Assembly: GCA_951406725.2 (NCBI GenBank)
Contig: OX597815.1
Coordinates: 187,178,001-187,242,000 of the forward strand
From: Octopus vulgaris
Lineage: Eukaryota
Reading direction: 5' to 3'
DNA: 64,000 nucleotides
Shown here: positions 26,036 through 39,519 of the stretch, piece after piece
Layout of the letters: the number at the start of each line of letters is the position of its first letter
Position numbering within the stretch: the first letter of the stretch is position 1
The notes under the pieces: model-generated
What the model saw: the letters and a program-made list of their open reading frames with translations, nothing else
The model's database searches: none
Told to the model about the DNA's origin: nothing
Translations under genes and position numbers: made by a program

Positions 26036-26036
<1 letters not shown>
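25642..26036 (+). mobile_element. Non-autonomous Helitron (~395 bp)
   Basis: 5' TC after A, 3' GC hairpin (CCCAAGCAACGCCGGG) then CTAG before T, no TSD; homologous copies at 50.5 and 60.3 kb. Confidence 0.85.
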
Positions 26037-26074
<38 letters not shown>

Positions 26075-29000
26075 CATGTATTCTATCTGCCAGGCATATT
26101 TCTGTACTACATGTGAAGTATCATGAACATGTACTTGTACGTAGGTCATCAATTAGACATTGCAATACAGCATCTGCTTACGTAATATTAAAATCATTTT
26201 CATAAATAGCTTTTGTGCAACACACATACACACATTTTCTCTCTCTCTCTCTCTCCTTCTATATTTATGCACACACACAAACACTTCTTAAAGCTTCATA
26301 GCTTGAAGCATAGTTTTTCTTATAAAAAGTACAAGGAAGAGTAAAATAGCAGCACCTTCAAAAGAAACCTATAATTTGCCAAGTAATAAGAGGTTGTATC
26401 AACAAAAATAGCTTGTTATCACAATTGGGGGAAAAAAAATATACCAAGAATAAAGATTCTCAGATTGTATTTTTTTTTCTTTTAAAGAAAAGGAAAAAAA
26501 AAAAAAAAGAGAATATAAAAAATAATTTTCTTATATAAAGTTGCTATAATTTAACAATTTGTCAGTTTATTTCATCAAAAGCTTTTAAAATTGCTAGTAT
26601 TTCATAACATTCCTCAAAAAAAGATGAGTTTGAATTTTACTTGACAAACTGTATAGCTTGATGCATTACTGACATGATGACAAATAGAGAATGGTAAAAA
26701 TGAAGAACACCATAAAAAGAGAGATTAAAAAAAAAAAAAAAATGTTATGAAATATGAAATTTTTAGAGGAAATATTTCAGACTAAATAATTCTGGTTCAT
26801 GAGTCACCTCACGAACCAGAATTCAATCATGAATAGCATCTCAGACTATCAGTAAACATTGCATTCCTTTCATTGTGCATATTGATTGCTTATTTCATAA
26901 CATGGAGCTAGCCAATATGACAATATTTTAAAGAAAAAAGAACAAAAAATAAAAAAAAAAGGAAAAGAAAAGAAACGGCAATTTTAAGTAGAACAATAGT
27001 TTTCTATAAACACTGTATTAGAAAGTGATGGAGGCTATATAATTGTAAGCATTTTCATATATTTTCTTGGAGATCATTTGAATAATTGATTTGATAAAAT
27101 GGCAATTTTCCAAAACCATTACATTTAATATTACAAATAAAATATTGTTCTATCTCAATAGACATTAATCAAATTACGACCTTGCAATATGTAACCAACA
27201 TATGCGTTATGTAAGATAAAAAAAAAAACCCAAAAAATTCTAGCGTTAGTTACAATGAAATTTTATCTACCTAAAATTGAAAGCAACAACAAAAAATTAA
27301 CTTTAGTTGGTACAAAAGCAAAAAAAAACAAAAAACTATGAAATAATTGCTGAACATACATGATTAATCAATATCAATCAATAAGCATCTGTTTAAATAG
27401 ATGATTAAAAAAATTCAAAGAAAGCTTTATTTGATATTGGAGTGAACACTGATTATTGAGAAAAAGCAAATTACAAGAAGGAAAAAAAATCAAATTCTTC
27501 ACAGTAATTAAATGGAATTTCTTTTAAGAACTACTGGTTTATAATGGGAAAATCAAATGTTTAACAATGGTAGAAAAATAAAATGTTGAAATTATGATGC
27601 TGAAATTCCTCATATTACAAGCTGAATTCACTTAAAGATTTGAGAGTTGCCATTTAAAAAAAAAACCGTAAAAAGACTGTTGAAGCAATGTGAACAAGTG
27701 TCTTGTTTCAAAGGCATGACAATGCAGGTAATAAAAGAGCTGATGAGGACTAAAAAATACTTAGAAAACAAACAAAAAAAAAACAAACAATGAAGGCAGG
27801 AATAAAAGATATAATACTGCAATAATATTCCATCTATGAAAAGAATACAAAAAAAAATGTCAATCCAATTAAAAAAAGCCAATACACATATTTACATACA
27901 TCTGACATTTAATGGAAGTATGGTAACCTATTTCTTTTATAAAATATCCATTACGAGAGAAGTTAAAATTAAATAATGTCTGATTCATACTGCGGTGGGT
28001 GAGATTAATTAAACTAATGCCATTAAACATTAAATTATTAACTTCAACTGTTCATTAAGAAATTATTCAAACATGGCAGTAGGTAGCAAGCAGTTTGGAT
28101 TATAAACCTTTTTTCTAACAATCCTTTGAATTAAGTAGTACTACTAACAGAAAAACCCTTTGATTGGTAGAAATAAAAGGGTTAACAAACAACAACAAAA
28201 AAACCAACAAAAGCTGCCATATCTATTGGCATCATTGCTTTACAATTATGAAGTTCAAATTCCAGAGTTAACTGTCTGTCATTCTTCACAAGTTGCTAGA
28301 TAGAATTACAGGGGTCTATATCCACAATAAAAGGGGGACATTTCAGATATTTTATTGGGCTGCTACAAGCTAGCAGAATCACTAGAACACCAGACAAAAC
28401 ACAGAGCAGCAGTTTTGTCCATCATTACATTCCGAGTTCAAATTCTGCTAGGCTCTGCTAAGATCAACTTTACCTTTCATTTCTTTGGGGGGGGGGGGAG
28501 TGCTGATAAAATAGGAACCAGTTGAACACTGAGGGTTCAATGTAATCGACTAACAACCTCCCCCTAAAATTTCTGGCCTTGTGCCAAAATTTGAAACCAT
28601 TAGTGGTTATAGGTTGGCAAGCTGGCAGAATCATTAGCACACCAGATAAGATGCATAGTGGTAGTTCATCCGGTCAATAAAATAAGTACCTGTTGACCAC
28701 TGGGGGAGGATGGGGGGGGGGGTCAATATAACTGACTACCCCACCCCTCAAAAATTGTTGGCCTAGTGCCAAAATAAGAAAAAAAAAGTGGCCTGGCAGA
28801 CAAAATCCTCAGTGGTATTTCTTCTAACTTTTTACATTCTGAGTTCAAATCCCATCAAGGTTAACTTTTCTTTTCATTCTTTTGGGGTCAGTACAATAAA
28901 GGACCCATCAATATTGCAATCAATATAATCAAATTGCCTGATAGTTTTTAACAACCCCTTTGCATTTTAAACCAGCCCAAATATTCTATCAGTTTCAGGC

Positions 29001-29195
29001 TCAAACTGGCCAGATCTGACCTCTTACACCTACCCTACAATATCATTCTAAAAATTAACAATCACATCCTTGAAATCTCAAAGCTACAAGATAATACATG
29101 ATTCATTCAAAACCATGTGAATAGATAAGCATTACATCTGACAAAATAATCTGAACGCTAAGGGCTAAACATTTGTAATGGACATATCTGCAAGA

Positions 29196-29593
29196 TTACT
29201 CTTTTACTTGTTTCAGTCATTTGACTGCGGCCATGCTGGAGCACCACCTTTAATCGAGCAACTCGACCCTGGGACTTACTCTTTTTGTAAGCCCAGTACT
29301 TATTCTATCGGTCTCTTTTGCCGAACCGCTAAGTGACAGGGACGTAAACAAACCAGCATCGGTTGTCAAGCAATGCTAGGGGGACAAACACAGACACACA
29401 AACACCTATATATATATATATATATATATACGACGGGCTTCTTTCAGTTTCCGTCTACCAAATCCACTCACAAGGCTTTGGTCGGCCCGAGGCTATAGCA
29501 GAAGACACTTGCCCAAGGTGCCACGCAGTGGGACTGAACCCGGAACCATGTGGTTGGTTAGCAAGCTACTTACCACACAGCCACTCCTGCACC
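29196..29593 (-). mobile_element. SINE family A, full length
   Basis: Reverse complement of the 24147 copy at high identity. Confidence 0.9.
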
Positions 29594-30711
29594 TATTACC
29601 ATGTAAAAAAAAAAATGAGAATACACACACACACACACAAAAATGTATAACACCTTTAGTAAATGCAGCTCTTTAAACAGTAATGTGTTTAAAGTAACGT
29701 ATGCAATACACAATGTTTGTAGTATATATTTTGAAGAGTCAAATTCCATCTAGAATCCTATCTGGGTCCAAAGTCCAACTTACTGCCAGAAATAGGAAGT
29801 AAAGTGGTTCAACATGTCACATAATTATCATGAAAGTGTTTAATGTAGTAACAGTAAGTCAGAAAACAAATAACTACATAGATGTAACCGTTTTTTTAAA
29901 ATGACAGTAAAGTGACATTTTAAAAAGACAAAAGAGATTGAATAAAAAGGCAGATTCACTCTAAAGTTCATTAATTTATATGAATCAATTGTTTATTTAA
30001 CGACTAAATATTTTCTAAAAGTTGTGCTTTAAAAGTTCAATGAACAAGTGAATGTCCAAAACAATATGCAAGCAGATCAATAGAGGGTTAGATGAGCACT
30101 AATCTAATAAAATGTTTAATCTTGGAAAAAAATACTTCACCTTCTAATTTGATAAAAACTAATAATGGATTTTTCTTCCTTTAATAACTTTGTTTATGAT
30201 TCCACATTAGTTGTTCAATACAATATTTATGTCAAAAGGAGTATTGAAAATAATATATACATATGTATAAAAAAAAAAGAGAAAGAGAGAAAGAGAGTAA
30301 AAGAAATGGATCAATAAATTCATCTGATAGTACAATCAGAATTTAGCAGCCATTTTGCTTTGTTCAACTCACTAATTTAATCTTTGTAGGGGTTATACAG
30401 TTCTACCACACACACAAAAAAAATAAGAAAAAGAGATCAAGTACATCTTTATAGATTATTCTGGCCGTCATTCAAACTTTATCAGTTCCTTCCCCAGTTG
30501 CTGTCTTTCAACAATTTAACCGCTTCGCTTCTTATTTGTTACATAATACTAAACACCAATTTAAAAAAGGGGGGGAAAAAAAAATCCTTCAATTTGAGGC
30601 TTCTCTCTTAACCCTTTGTTATTCAAATTACTCTGTCAAATGTAATTGCTCATTTATTCACATGATTTAAAATTAATTATATATTATCTTTTAGCTTCAA
30701 GATTTTGGAGA

Positions 30712-30915
30712 TTTACTCTCTTTTACTTGTTTCAGTCATTTGACTGCGGCCATGCTGGGGCACCGCCTTCAGTCGAGCAAATCGACCCCGGGACTTATTT
30801 TTTGTAAGCCCAGTACTTATTCTATTGGTCTCTTTTGCCGAACCGCTAAGTGACGGGGACGTAAACACACCAGCATCGGTTGTCAAGCAATGCTAGGGGG
30901 ACAAAAACAGACACG

Positions 30916-30963
<48 letters not shown>

Positions 30964-31122
30964 TATATACGACGGGCTTCTTTCAGTTTCCATCTACCAA
31001 ATCCACTCACAAGGCTTTAGTCGGCCCGAGGCTATAGTAGAAGACACTTGCCCAAAATGCCACGCAGTGGGACTGAACCCAGAACCATGTGGTTGGTAAG
31101 CCAGCTACTTACCACACAGCTA
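30712..31122 (-). mobile_element. SINE family A
   Basis: Same family; inserted in a family-2 MITE. Confidence 0.9.
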
Positions 31123-31225
31123 CGATAACTTATTTTTATAATGACATTGTAAAATTGGTTTGAGACCAGAACTGGCAGATTTGAAAATAAGAACTGGTAG
31201 AATATTTGAGCTGGAGATAGTCAGT

Positions 31226-31456
31226 TTAACCCCTTTCATTACTATATTTATTTTGAGATGCTCTGTGTTTCTTTCAGTTATTTTAAATATAACAAAGAAT
31301 TTAGTAAAATAAATTAGTTATCATTCAGCTAGTGTTATCAATCATAAATTTTAACTAAGATTCGGTGGAAGATTTGAATTCAAAACTTATGAAAACAAGA
31401 CATTTATACTAAAGAGCCAGAGCCGGTTTCAGCCGGGTTGATAACGAAAGGGTTAA
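31226..31456. mobile_element. TTAA MITE family 1, nested in a family-2 MITE
   Basis: TIRs and TTAA flanks; same internal sequence. Confidence 0.85.
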
Positions 31457-31616
31457 ATGCTGAAGTGTTAAGGAAGGAGTCAGTATGATGGGAAGTTATT
31501 GGTCACTCTTTTCTTCGTTTATCAATCTAAGCTCAATGTAAACTTTATAAGGCATCAAATGAAAGATGAAAATAGCAGAGCAAAACAGATTGAAAATTCA
31601 CCAATAACTGATGAAA

Positions 31617-31978
31617 TTCTTGTTTCAGACATTATACTGTGGCCATGCTGGGGCACACTGCCTTGAAGAACTTTTAGTCGAATGAATTGGCATCAGTATT
31701 TATTTATTTTTTTAAATCCTGGTACTTATTCTATTGGATCTTTAGCCAAACTTCTAAGTTAGAGATATAAACAAACCAACACCAGTTGTCAAGATGCGAT
31801 GGAGGACAAATACACACACACACAACAAGCTTTCTGTTTTCGTCTACAAAATCCACTCACCAGGCTTTTCTCAGCCCAAGGCTACAGAAGACACTTGCCT
31901 AAGGTGCCACACAGTAGGACTGAACCCAGAACCATGTGGTTAGGAAGCAAACTTCTTACTACATGGCCACACTTGCAC
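31617..31978 (-). mobile_element. SINE family A, older diverged copy
   Basis: Recognisable head and tail. Confidence 0.75.
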
Positions 31979-32497
31979 ATATTGAATCAAAATTTTTATA
32001 AACATTTATTTTTATGTTTACTTTTCAATACTTTTTAGTTTTTTTGTTTTTGAGCTAGGAGAAAGACAGTTCCAAAGATCCTTCACAAAGCCCCCAAAGC
32101 CGTTTAGGAAGGTATTCTGAAAGCAGAGACCTAGCCTTAATGCTTACAACAGAGTGGATTCCACTAAAAGCACCGAAAACCAGGGGTGGGGGTGAGGAGA
32201 TACTAAACTGAGCAATGGATTAAGTCTTACAACCAAAGAAGGCCATGGTAAGATTTGAATTCAGAACCATCAAAGAACCACAACAAATACTTTAAGGCAT
32301 TTTCTAATGTTCTGACAATTCTACCAACCCATTGCCCTGGATTGGTACTGTATTTTAATGAACGCTGAAAGGATAAAAAAAAAAACTAAGCTGACCATGG
32401 CAGGATTTGAACTCAGAATGCAGAGTCAGAGCAAATACTCTGCAAGGCAATTAAACTTTGCTGAATCATCACTTACAAGCGTGAGGTGGGTGCCTTC

Positions 32498-32872
32498 TTT
32501 TTATCCTGCACGCGTCAGTGAAAGCAGGGTATTGTAATCACACATCTTTGTCTGTGTGTTTGCAAAATTACTGGAAAATGGGTGAACGGATTTTCACCAA
32601 ATTTGGCAGAAATACTCATTGGGTGAGAGACTCGAAATGATGAAAATTTGGTTTGATTATCTTCAAACATACATAAATACATACAAAAATATGTGATTGT
32701 GTGTGTGCATGTGTGTGTACAGTGATGGATTTGAGGGTTTCATTTATTTCACCACTTACAAAGTTTAATTCAATTCAATTAAAAAGCATGGGTAAGCAAA
32801 TCATTGTAATCTGTGAAAAAATTTATCTGCGCAAAGGGTTAGCATTGCTCCTCCAATGCCATTTTATTTTTC
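32498..32872 (+). mobile_element. Helentron/DINE-1-like (HINE) non-autonomous element
   Basis: T-rich ends, short 5' inverted repeat (ATCCTGC...GCAGGGT), GTCTGT-type tract, CGGATTTTCACCAAATTTGG core and 3' hairpin GCATTG-ctcctc-CAATGC. Confidence 0.55.
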
Positions 32873-33060
32873 ATTTAAGAATTTTTATAGCTTAATTACC
32901 CTTTGTACCACTCAACCGTAAACTTTATCTTTTTTTTCTTCAGTAAAATGAGGGGAGCAAAGTTAGGAACATAATGTAAGAGAAAAAGAAATATCTTAAA
33001 CTTTTTAACTTATGGATATGTAGTAAAAGTACCTTATCATTTGAGGTGCATAGCCTAGAG

Positions 33061-33261
33061 CAGTGCTTTTCAAACATTTTGCTGGAGTGGAACCCCAAGG
33101 AAACATTCCACTGGCTCGGGGAACCCATGTGCAATAATTTAATAGTCTTATGCACATATATCTGCACAGGAGAATTAAAAATTACTGCCGATTTTAACAG
33201 TTTTGTAACTTCTTGCGGAACCTCTGGACTGTACTGGCGGAACCCTGGTTGAAAACCACTG
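33061..33261. mobile_element. hAT-type MITE inserted in a SINE head
   Basis: TIRs CAGTGCTTTTCAA / TTGAAAACCACTG; 8-bp TSD GCCTAGAG / GCCTAGCG. Confidence 0.85.
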
Positions 33262-33572
33262 GCCTAGCGGTTAAGCTGTTGCTCTTATGATCACAACATT
33301 GTGGCTTTAATTGCTAGACCAAATGGTGCATTGTGTTCTGGAGTACTTCACATTGCTCTGCAATTACTGATGCCCGACATGTGGTGCCCCAGGCACCTTT
33401 TCAAGCAGGCAACATCGATTTGATGGAAGTAGGCAAGCTTTATGTGTAAAGCGTATGCATTTGATTACTATAAACAAATCATTTGTGTAGGTGATTCGGC
33501 AAAAAACTGAACAACATACATTGCCCTTGATAGGAGATTACATCACCTTAACCCATTAGCATTTAAGCCTGC

Positions 33573-33990
33573 CATCATCATCATCATTGTTTAACGTCCA
33601 CTTTCCATGCTAGCATGGGTTGGACGATTTTGACTGAGGGCTGGCGAACCAGATGGCTGCACCAGGCTCCAATCTTGATCTGGCAGAGTTTCTACAGCTG
33701 GATGCCCTTCCTAACACCGACCACACCGAGAGTGTAGTGGGTGCTTTTAATGTGCCATGGCACGGGGGCCAGTCAGGCGGTACTGGCAACGACCTCACTC
33801 GAATCTTTTTACACATGCCACAGGCACAAGTGCCAGTAAGGCGACATTGGTAACGATCACGCTCGAATGGTGCCCTTTCATGTGCCACCGGCACGGAAGC
33901 CAGTTGGCTGCTCTAGCAACGATCACACCCGGATGGTGCTCTTTGCACCCAGCTAGCATGGATGCCAGTCATCAAATTTGATTTTGATTT
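33573..33990 (-). mobile_element. Retroposon family B, long copy inserted in a family-2 MITE
   Basis: (CAT)n end plus family core. Confidence 0.8.
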
Positions 33991-34423
33991 CAGGACAAAG
34001 TGGTCTACTCATTTTATGTTCAAACCAGCCAGATCCAGCCTCTCACACCTATCCTACAATGTCATTCTTAAAATAAGCAATCACATCACTGGATTCTAGA
34101 AGCTACAAGATAATGCATAATTCATTCAAAACAATGTGAATAAATAAGCATTACATTTGAGAAAGTAATCTGAATGCTAATGAATGCTTACAACAAATGA
34201 ATAATTTGTCTATTTAAGTTTTTGAACCAACAAAAAGTATTGCATTATTATGCTTTGCCAGCTCTGTAATTAACATGCGCGTTATCTTGATAAACCTGTT
34301 GAAATGTACTTTGATATGACTCATGACTACAGAAGCTAACATAAGAATGGTTTAAGACTAATACTTTGTATTTAACAGAGTATGCCACTAGTCAGTTACT
34401 ATTTTCCAGATTTTGGTTGAAGT

Positions 34424-35201
34424 TTAACCATTTTGTTACCATATTTCTATTGAGATACTCTGTGTTTCTTTCAATTAGTTTAAATATAACAAAGAGTTTA
34501 GTAGAATAACTTAGTCATCGTTAGGCTAGTGTTAGGAACATAAAATGTGACTAAGGTTTGGTTGAAGATTTTAATTTAAAACTTTTGAAAACAAGACATT
34601 TGTATTACAGAGCCAGTTTCAGCCAGGTTGGTAACGAAAGGGTTAAATTAATCATTTGTTAACCCTTTTGTTACCATATTTCTGTTGAGATGTTCTGTGT
34701 TTCTTTCAATAAATTTTAGATATAACAAGGAATTTAGTAAAATAACTTAGTTATCATTCAGCTAGTGTTAGGAACATAAATTGTGACTAAAGTTTGGTGG
34801 AAGTTTTTAATTCAGAACATTTGTACACTACAAAGCCAGAGGCAGTTTCAGATAGGTTGATATCAAAAGGGTTAAAATGTGAACTTTTAGGTAGAGAAGG
34901 GTGAACATTCTTTTAGGCTATCTAAATTGTTGAGCAATTACCAACAAATGAAAAGCATTAATAATCACAGATTTTGGTTGAAGTTTAACCATTTTGTTAC
35001 CATATTTCTATTTGAGATGCTCTGTGTTTCTTTCAATTAGTTTAAATATAACAAAGAATTTACTAGTTATTGTTAAGCTAGTGTTAGGAACAAAAATTGT
35101 GGCTAAAGTTTGGGAGATCTTAATTCAGAACTTGAAAATAAAACATTTGTACGCTACAAAGCCAGAAGAAGTTTCAGGCAGGTTGATATCAAAAGGGTTA
35201 A
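34424..35201. mobile_element. Cluster of three TTAA MITE family-1 copies (34424-34646, 34659-34875, 34985-35201)
   Basis: Each copy is bounded by TTAA and CC(C/A)TTTTGTTACC...AAAGGG TIRs. Confidence 0.88.
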
Positions 35202-35323
35202 AATATGAACTTTTAGGTAAAGAAGGATGAACATTCTTTTAGGCTATCTAAATTGTTGAGCAATTAGAGCAATTACCAACAAATGAAAAGCATTAATAAT
35301 CAATATCCAATTAGAAATTAACA

Positions 35324-35595
35324 GAGCAAAGCATGGCTTAGTGGTTATGATGCTCAACTCCTGATTGTAAGATTGTGGTTTCAATTCCTAGGTCAAGTGA
35401 CACGTCGTGTTCTTGAGCAAAACACTTCATTTTATGTTGCTCCAGTGCACTCATCCGGTAAAAATTGGTAATTCTGTGATGGACTGGTGTCCTGTCCTGG
35501 TGCGGAATATATACACCACAGAAACTGACCCTATGAGTCCATATGACTCATAAGGGTTAAAAGTTTTTATGACTCAGGAAGGACTATTATCCTTT
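35324..35595 (+). mobile_element. Old tRNA-headed SINE family D (related head at 33044-33540)
   Basis: TGGCTTAGTGG A-box-like, GGTTTCAATTCC B-box-like, GTGTTCTTGAGCAAAACACTT body. Confidence 0.55.
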
Positions 35596-35658
35596 TTTAA
35601 ACTAATTAAGAGAATAAACTAAAATTAAAAATTTAGTAATTAATAAAAATATGAATAA

Positions 35659-36055
35659 GGCGCAGGCGTGGCTGCATGGTAAGAAGCTTGCTTTCCAACC
35701 ACATGGTTCCAGGTTCAGTCCCACTGTGTGGCACCTTGGGCAAGTGTATTCTACTGTAGCATCGGGCTGACCAAATCCTTGAGAGTGGATTTGGTAGACA
35801 GAAACTGAAAGAAGACCATCGTATATATATATGTATAAGTTTGTGGTGTGTGTGTGTGTGTCCTACCCCGCCATCACTTGACAACCAATGTTGGTGTGTT
35901 TACGTCCCTGTAACTTAGCAGTTCGGCAAAAAGGAGACCGATAGAATAAGTACCAGGCTTACAACGAATAAGTCCTGGGGTCGATTTGTCCGACTAAAGG
36001 TTGTGCTCCAGCATGGCCACAGTCAAACAATGACTGAAACAAGTAAAAGAATAAA
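35659..36055 (+). mobile_element. SINE family A
   Basis: Full head-to-tail match. Confidence 0.9.
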
Positions 36056-36415
36056 GCTAAGAGTACACCTGCTATATTCTAAAAGGAAATCTTAAACAGT
36101 TGGCAATGAAAGCTAATGTGACGATTAAATATCTTAATATTTTATCTTCAATTTGATTTAGTTATTGACAGCACCTTGGAGATTTTAGTCAAATCAACCA
36201 CATGTATTTATTTTTAAAACCCTGATACTTATTCAATCAGTCTCCTTTTGATAAAATACTAAGCAAGGATGTAAACAAACCAACAATTGTTGTCAAGCAG
36301 GGGTGGAAACAAACACAGATATACACCAACCAGTGTTCGTCTGCCAAACTTAATCACAAGGCAAAGTGATACTACATCCAAGACTTAAAACTATGTTATT
36401 TGGAAAGCAAACTTC

Positions 36416-37091
36416 TGGATCTTGTTGAACTTCTTCTAACCACTCGGAAGTTTAATCAATATTCAGATTTTTTTTTTAATGTAGTTTTGATGTAGTTTTT
36501 ACATGCTGCTGATGAAAACCGCATTCATTTTTTTTTTTTTTTTTTAGTCTAGAAATTAATAATAAAGCAGTTATAAACAGTTGAAGTTACAGAGTTTTAA
36601 CCAATCAATGACGTCCATTGCCATTACATCGTAGGCCGGAACTGTTTGTTGTCATGGAAACCAGCAAAGACAACAAATATGAAATCGTTATGTGGTCTCT
36701 CGACCTGCTAGAAAAAGCTGCTAAATCTTCCTTAAACTGTATCATAACGTCTAAAAAAACGGTAAGACATGTTATATGACGTCGTGGTGTTGGTGGTAGT
36801 GGGCATTTTTTTTTTTATTCCATTCATAATTGGAGCACCGATGCATCGTCTCATAAAGTAATCCAGCACGTATGTATGTATAACAAACACGTGTTCAGTG
36901 TTATGTTTATGGTAACATACTATAAAACATATCCAGTGTCGTAGTGAATTGATGACAGTTCCGACCAACGAACATCTTTGATTTAATTTATAGAAGAAAA
37001 AGAAAAGTGTTCTGATGAACTACATGTTTTGAAAATAATCTGTTGAAGTTTGAAAAACTTCAGGTGGTTAGAAGAAATTTAACAAGATCCA
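36416..37091. mobile_element. Unclassified TIR element inserted into a SINE
   Basis: ~38 bp imperfect TIRs TGGATCTTGTTGAACTTCTTCTAACCAC / GTGGTTAGAAGAAATTTAACAAGATCCA; SINE sequence resumes on both sides. Confidence 0.7.
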
Positions 37092-39519
37092 AGCTGATTA
37101 CCACAGAGCCATGATTAAACTTTTTAAATACATAATTTTTTTGTTTTTGTTTTCATAATTCAATTTTTATTTCAACAAAATATATATATATACAGTCAAA
37201 ATAATTTTGAATAATGACAGTAGCAAAAAAAATAATAATAATAATAATCCTATTTCGATAGTCTTCAAAAATATTGGTAATTCAATATAGAACTAAAAGA
37301 GTTATTTAGAGTGAAAGTAAAAACCTTTGCCCTTTTTTTTCAATACAAGGACAAAAGTTAGTGGAAAGGGAAAAGTGCTAATACAAAAGACAGTTGTCAG
37401 CCAAGACAGATTCTATAATAAATAATTTCCGGGTAGGTAATAAAATGAGAAAGCAAGCACAATACTATCTTGTTAATAAGTAAATGGCCAGTAAAAGCAG
37501 GACTGCCTATGAAAAAGCCATTTTTACACTGGCACTTTACCCTGACCTATTTTTACAAGTGGAAAGTTTGAAAGCCAATTGTTAAAAAGAATAGGTTTAC
37601 ACTTTCATTTAGAAATATTAGTTTCCTTTCACTAAACATAGAAAGTCCTGTATTTTATTTTATTTTATTTTTGTGTGGTGGTTGTGGTGGAGGGGGAGAT
37701 GGATATAATGGGAACTTGTGATGTTCATGCTTTTCCCCCAAATGCATCATCATCAGGTGTAAATGGTTGGAATATCTCAATCAACCAGGAAGGAATCCAG
37801 ATGTCTTTGATGCATTTAGAAGTGAAACATGTATTATTATTATTATTATAAAGTATTAAATCTGAGTTCAGTGTTAATAAAATAATGTGAACCACACATA
37901 TGAAATAGGAAGAGAAAAAAAAACTACAGCAAATGATACGTTAATATTTTTTTTAATACTCCCCCCCCCCTCCATATAACAAATAATTTTAATGACTTGC
38001 CAGTAATCTTTATGAAGCAACTAACTAAACAAGGACATGACTAAACAGAAAAATTATTTTAAACATAAAACAGCCTTTTTAATAACTTTTTTAGAAAAAG
38101 TAATTTATTGGTAACAAGCATTAATCACAAGTTTTATTTACTTGTTAATTACATTATTTGATAGAAATTCAACAATAATTAATCAGAATTTCAAAAATTG
38201 GAGAAAATTGAAAGAAAAAAGAAGCAAAACTTGAAATTTAAATTGTATTATTAGAGAAACTTCAAGATTGACTTCTAAACCAGAGTAAAAAGTGTGTATT
38301 TACAATTGTACCACACAACACTTAAACAGCACTCCACATGTTATGGCAATAATTCAGACAAGAATTATTCTCCTCATAAAACATGTATTACATACATAAA
38401 TTGTAGTTGCTCTGGCGTATAGGATCAACTGAGACAGCTAAGAATTCCATATCAGCTTACTAGTTAATAATAAACCTTAACAAAACAGGATTTTCATCAT
38501 CTGATCAGTTTTAATAAGTGTGTGCGTGTGTGCGCGCGCGTTCAACATTTGCAACTAAGACACACACACATCAAATGAAAGAAATAAAAATATTGATACA
38601 TTATTTGATGGAAATTCAACAATAATTAATCAGAATTTCAAATATTGGAGAAGAAAATTAAGAATAATGCAATACCTAAAAAAAAAAAATATTAAATCTA
38701 TAATTTATAAATTCTAAAATTAATGAAATTGTATAAAGTAAATTAATTCTACTGAAAATGGTTTTTCCAGATTAATTATAAAAAGTTTTTTTTCTTTTTC
38801 AGGACAACTACAATAGACAAAGAGCTGATTTCATTCAATTTTCTTTAACAGGAAGTCTGATATTTATGTTAATACTAAAAATAGTCACTTCTAAATTATT
38901 TCTCAACGTTTAACATGTAACTAGAGAGAGATAACAACAAAAAAAAAAAAGTTAAGATTAATCAGATACCACCAAAATGAGCTTAGTGATCTTATCACTA
39001 CCAACACCACCACGATAATATTCTGATAATATATCAACAAATAAATGAAAGGGAATTATTTCATATTATGCAGAATAACACGAGATAAATTACTCTTAAA
39101 CAAAGTCCACGATAATCAGCAAATATTTTAGATCAAAGTTAAAAATTGCAGATTATATTTAAGAGAGCTAAAAAGCACAGAACGGCAGTACAAGTCGTTG
39201 CTGGAAGGTTATATATAAAGAATCAATATTTTGAAAAGGAAAAAGCAGCAGTGAGTAGCAATACCTGACATGTGTAATGATAACTGTATCTAATTTGGAA
39301 AAATTAGACTATCTTATGGTTTTAATATTACTACTAGCTGGAATTTTAATAGCAATCAATAAATGTAACATCAATGATCTTATATGTATATATGCAGTCA
39401 CGATAGGGGGAAAATATAACATGCTTTTATATTTTATTATTAGTAAAATATATATATTTAAATACATGTATATACACTAATTGAAGAATTACTGCTTGAA
39501 CACACAGATATGAAGGACT

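Larger units (their letters stand above)
30608..31471. mobile_element. TTAA MITE family 2 hosting a SINE and a family-1 MITE
   Basis: TTAACCCTTT...GCTGAAGTGTTAA; pieces are colinear with other family-2 copies. Confidence 0.7.

Noticed and set aside
25635-26205. Recurrent ORFs VSEEIVLVEGYQTCHT / GVFQPEKCSL (also at 50.3-50.9 kb and 60.2-60.75 kb)
   Set aside because: Lie inside non-autonomous Helitron copies with variable frames; no Rep or helicase motifs
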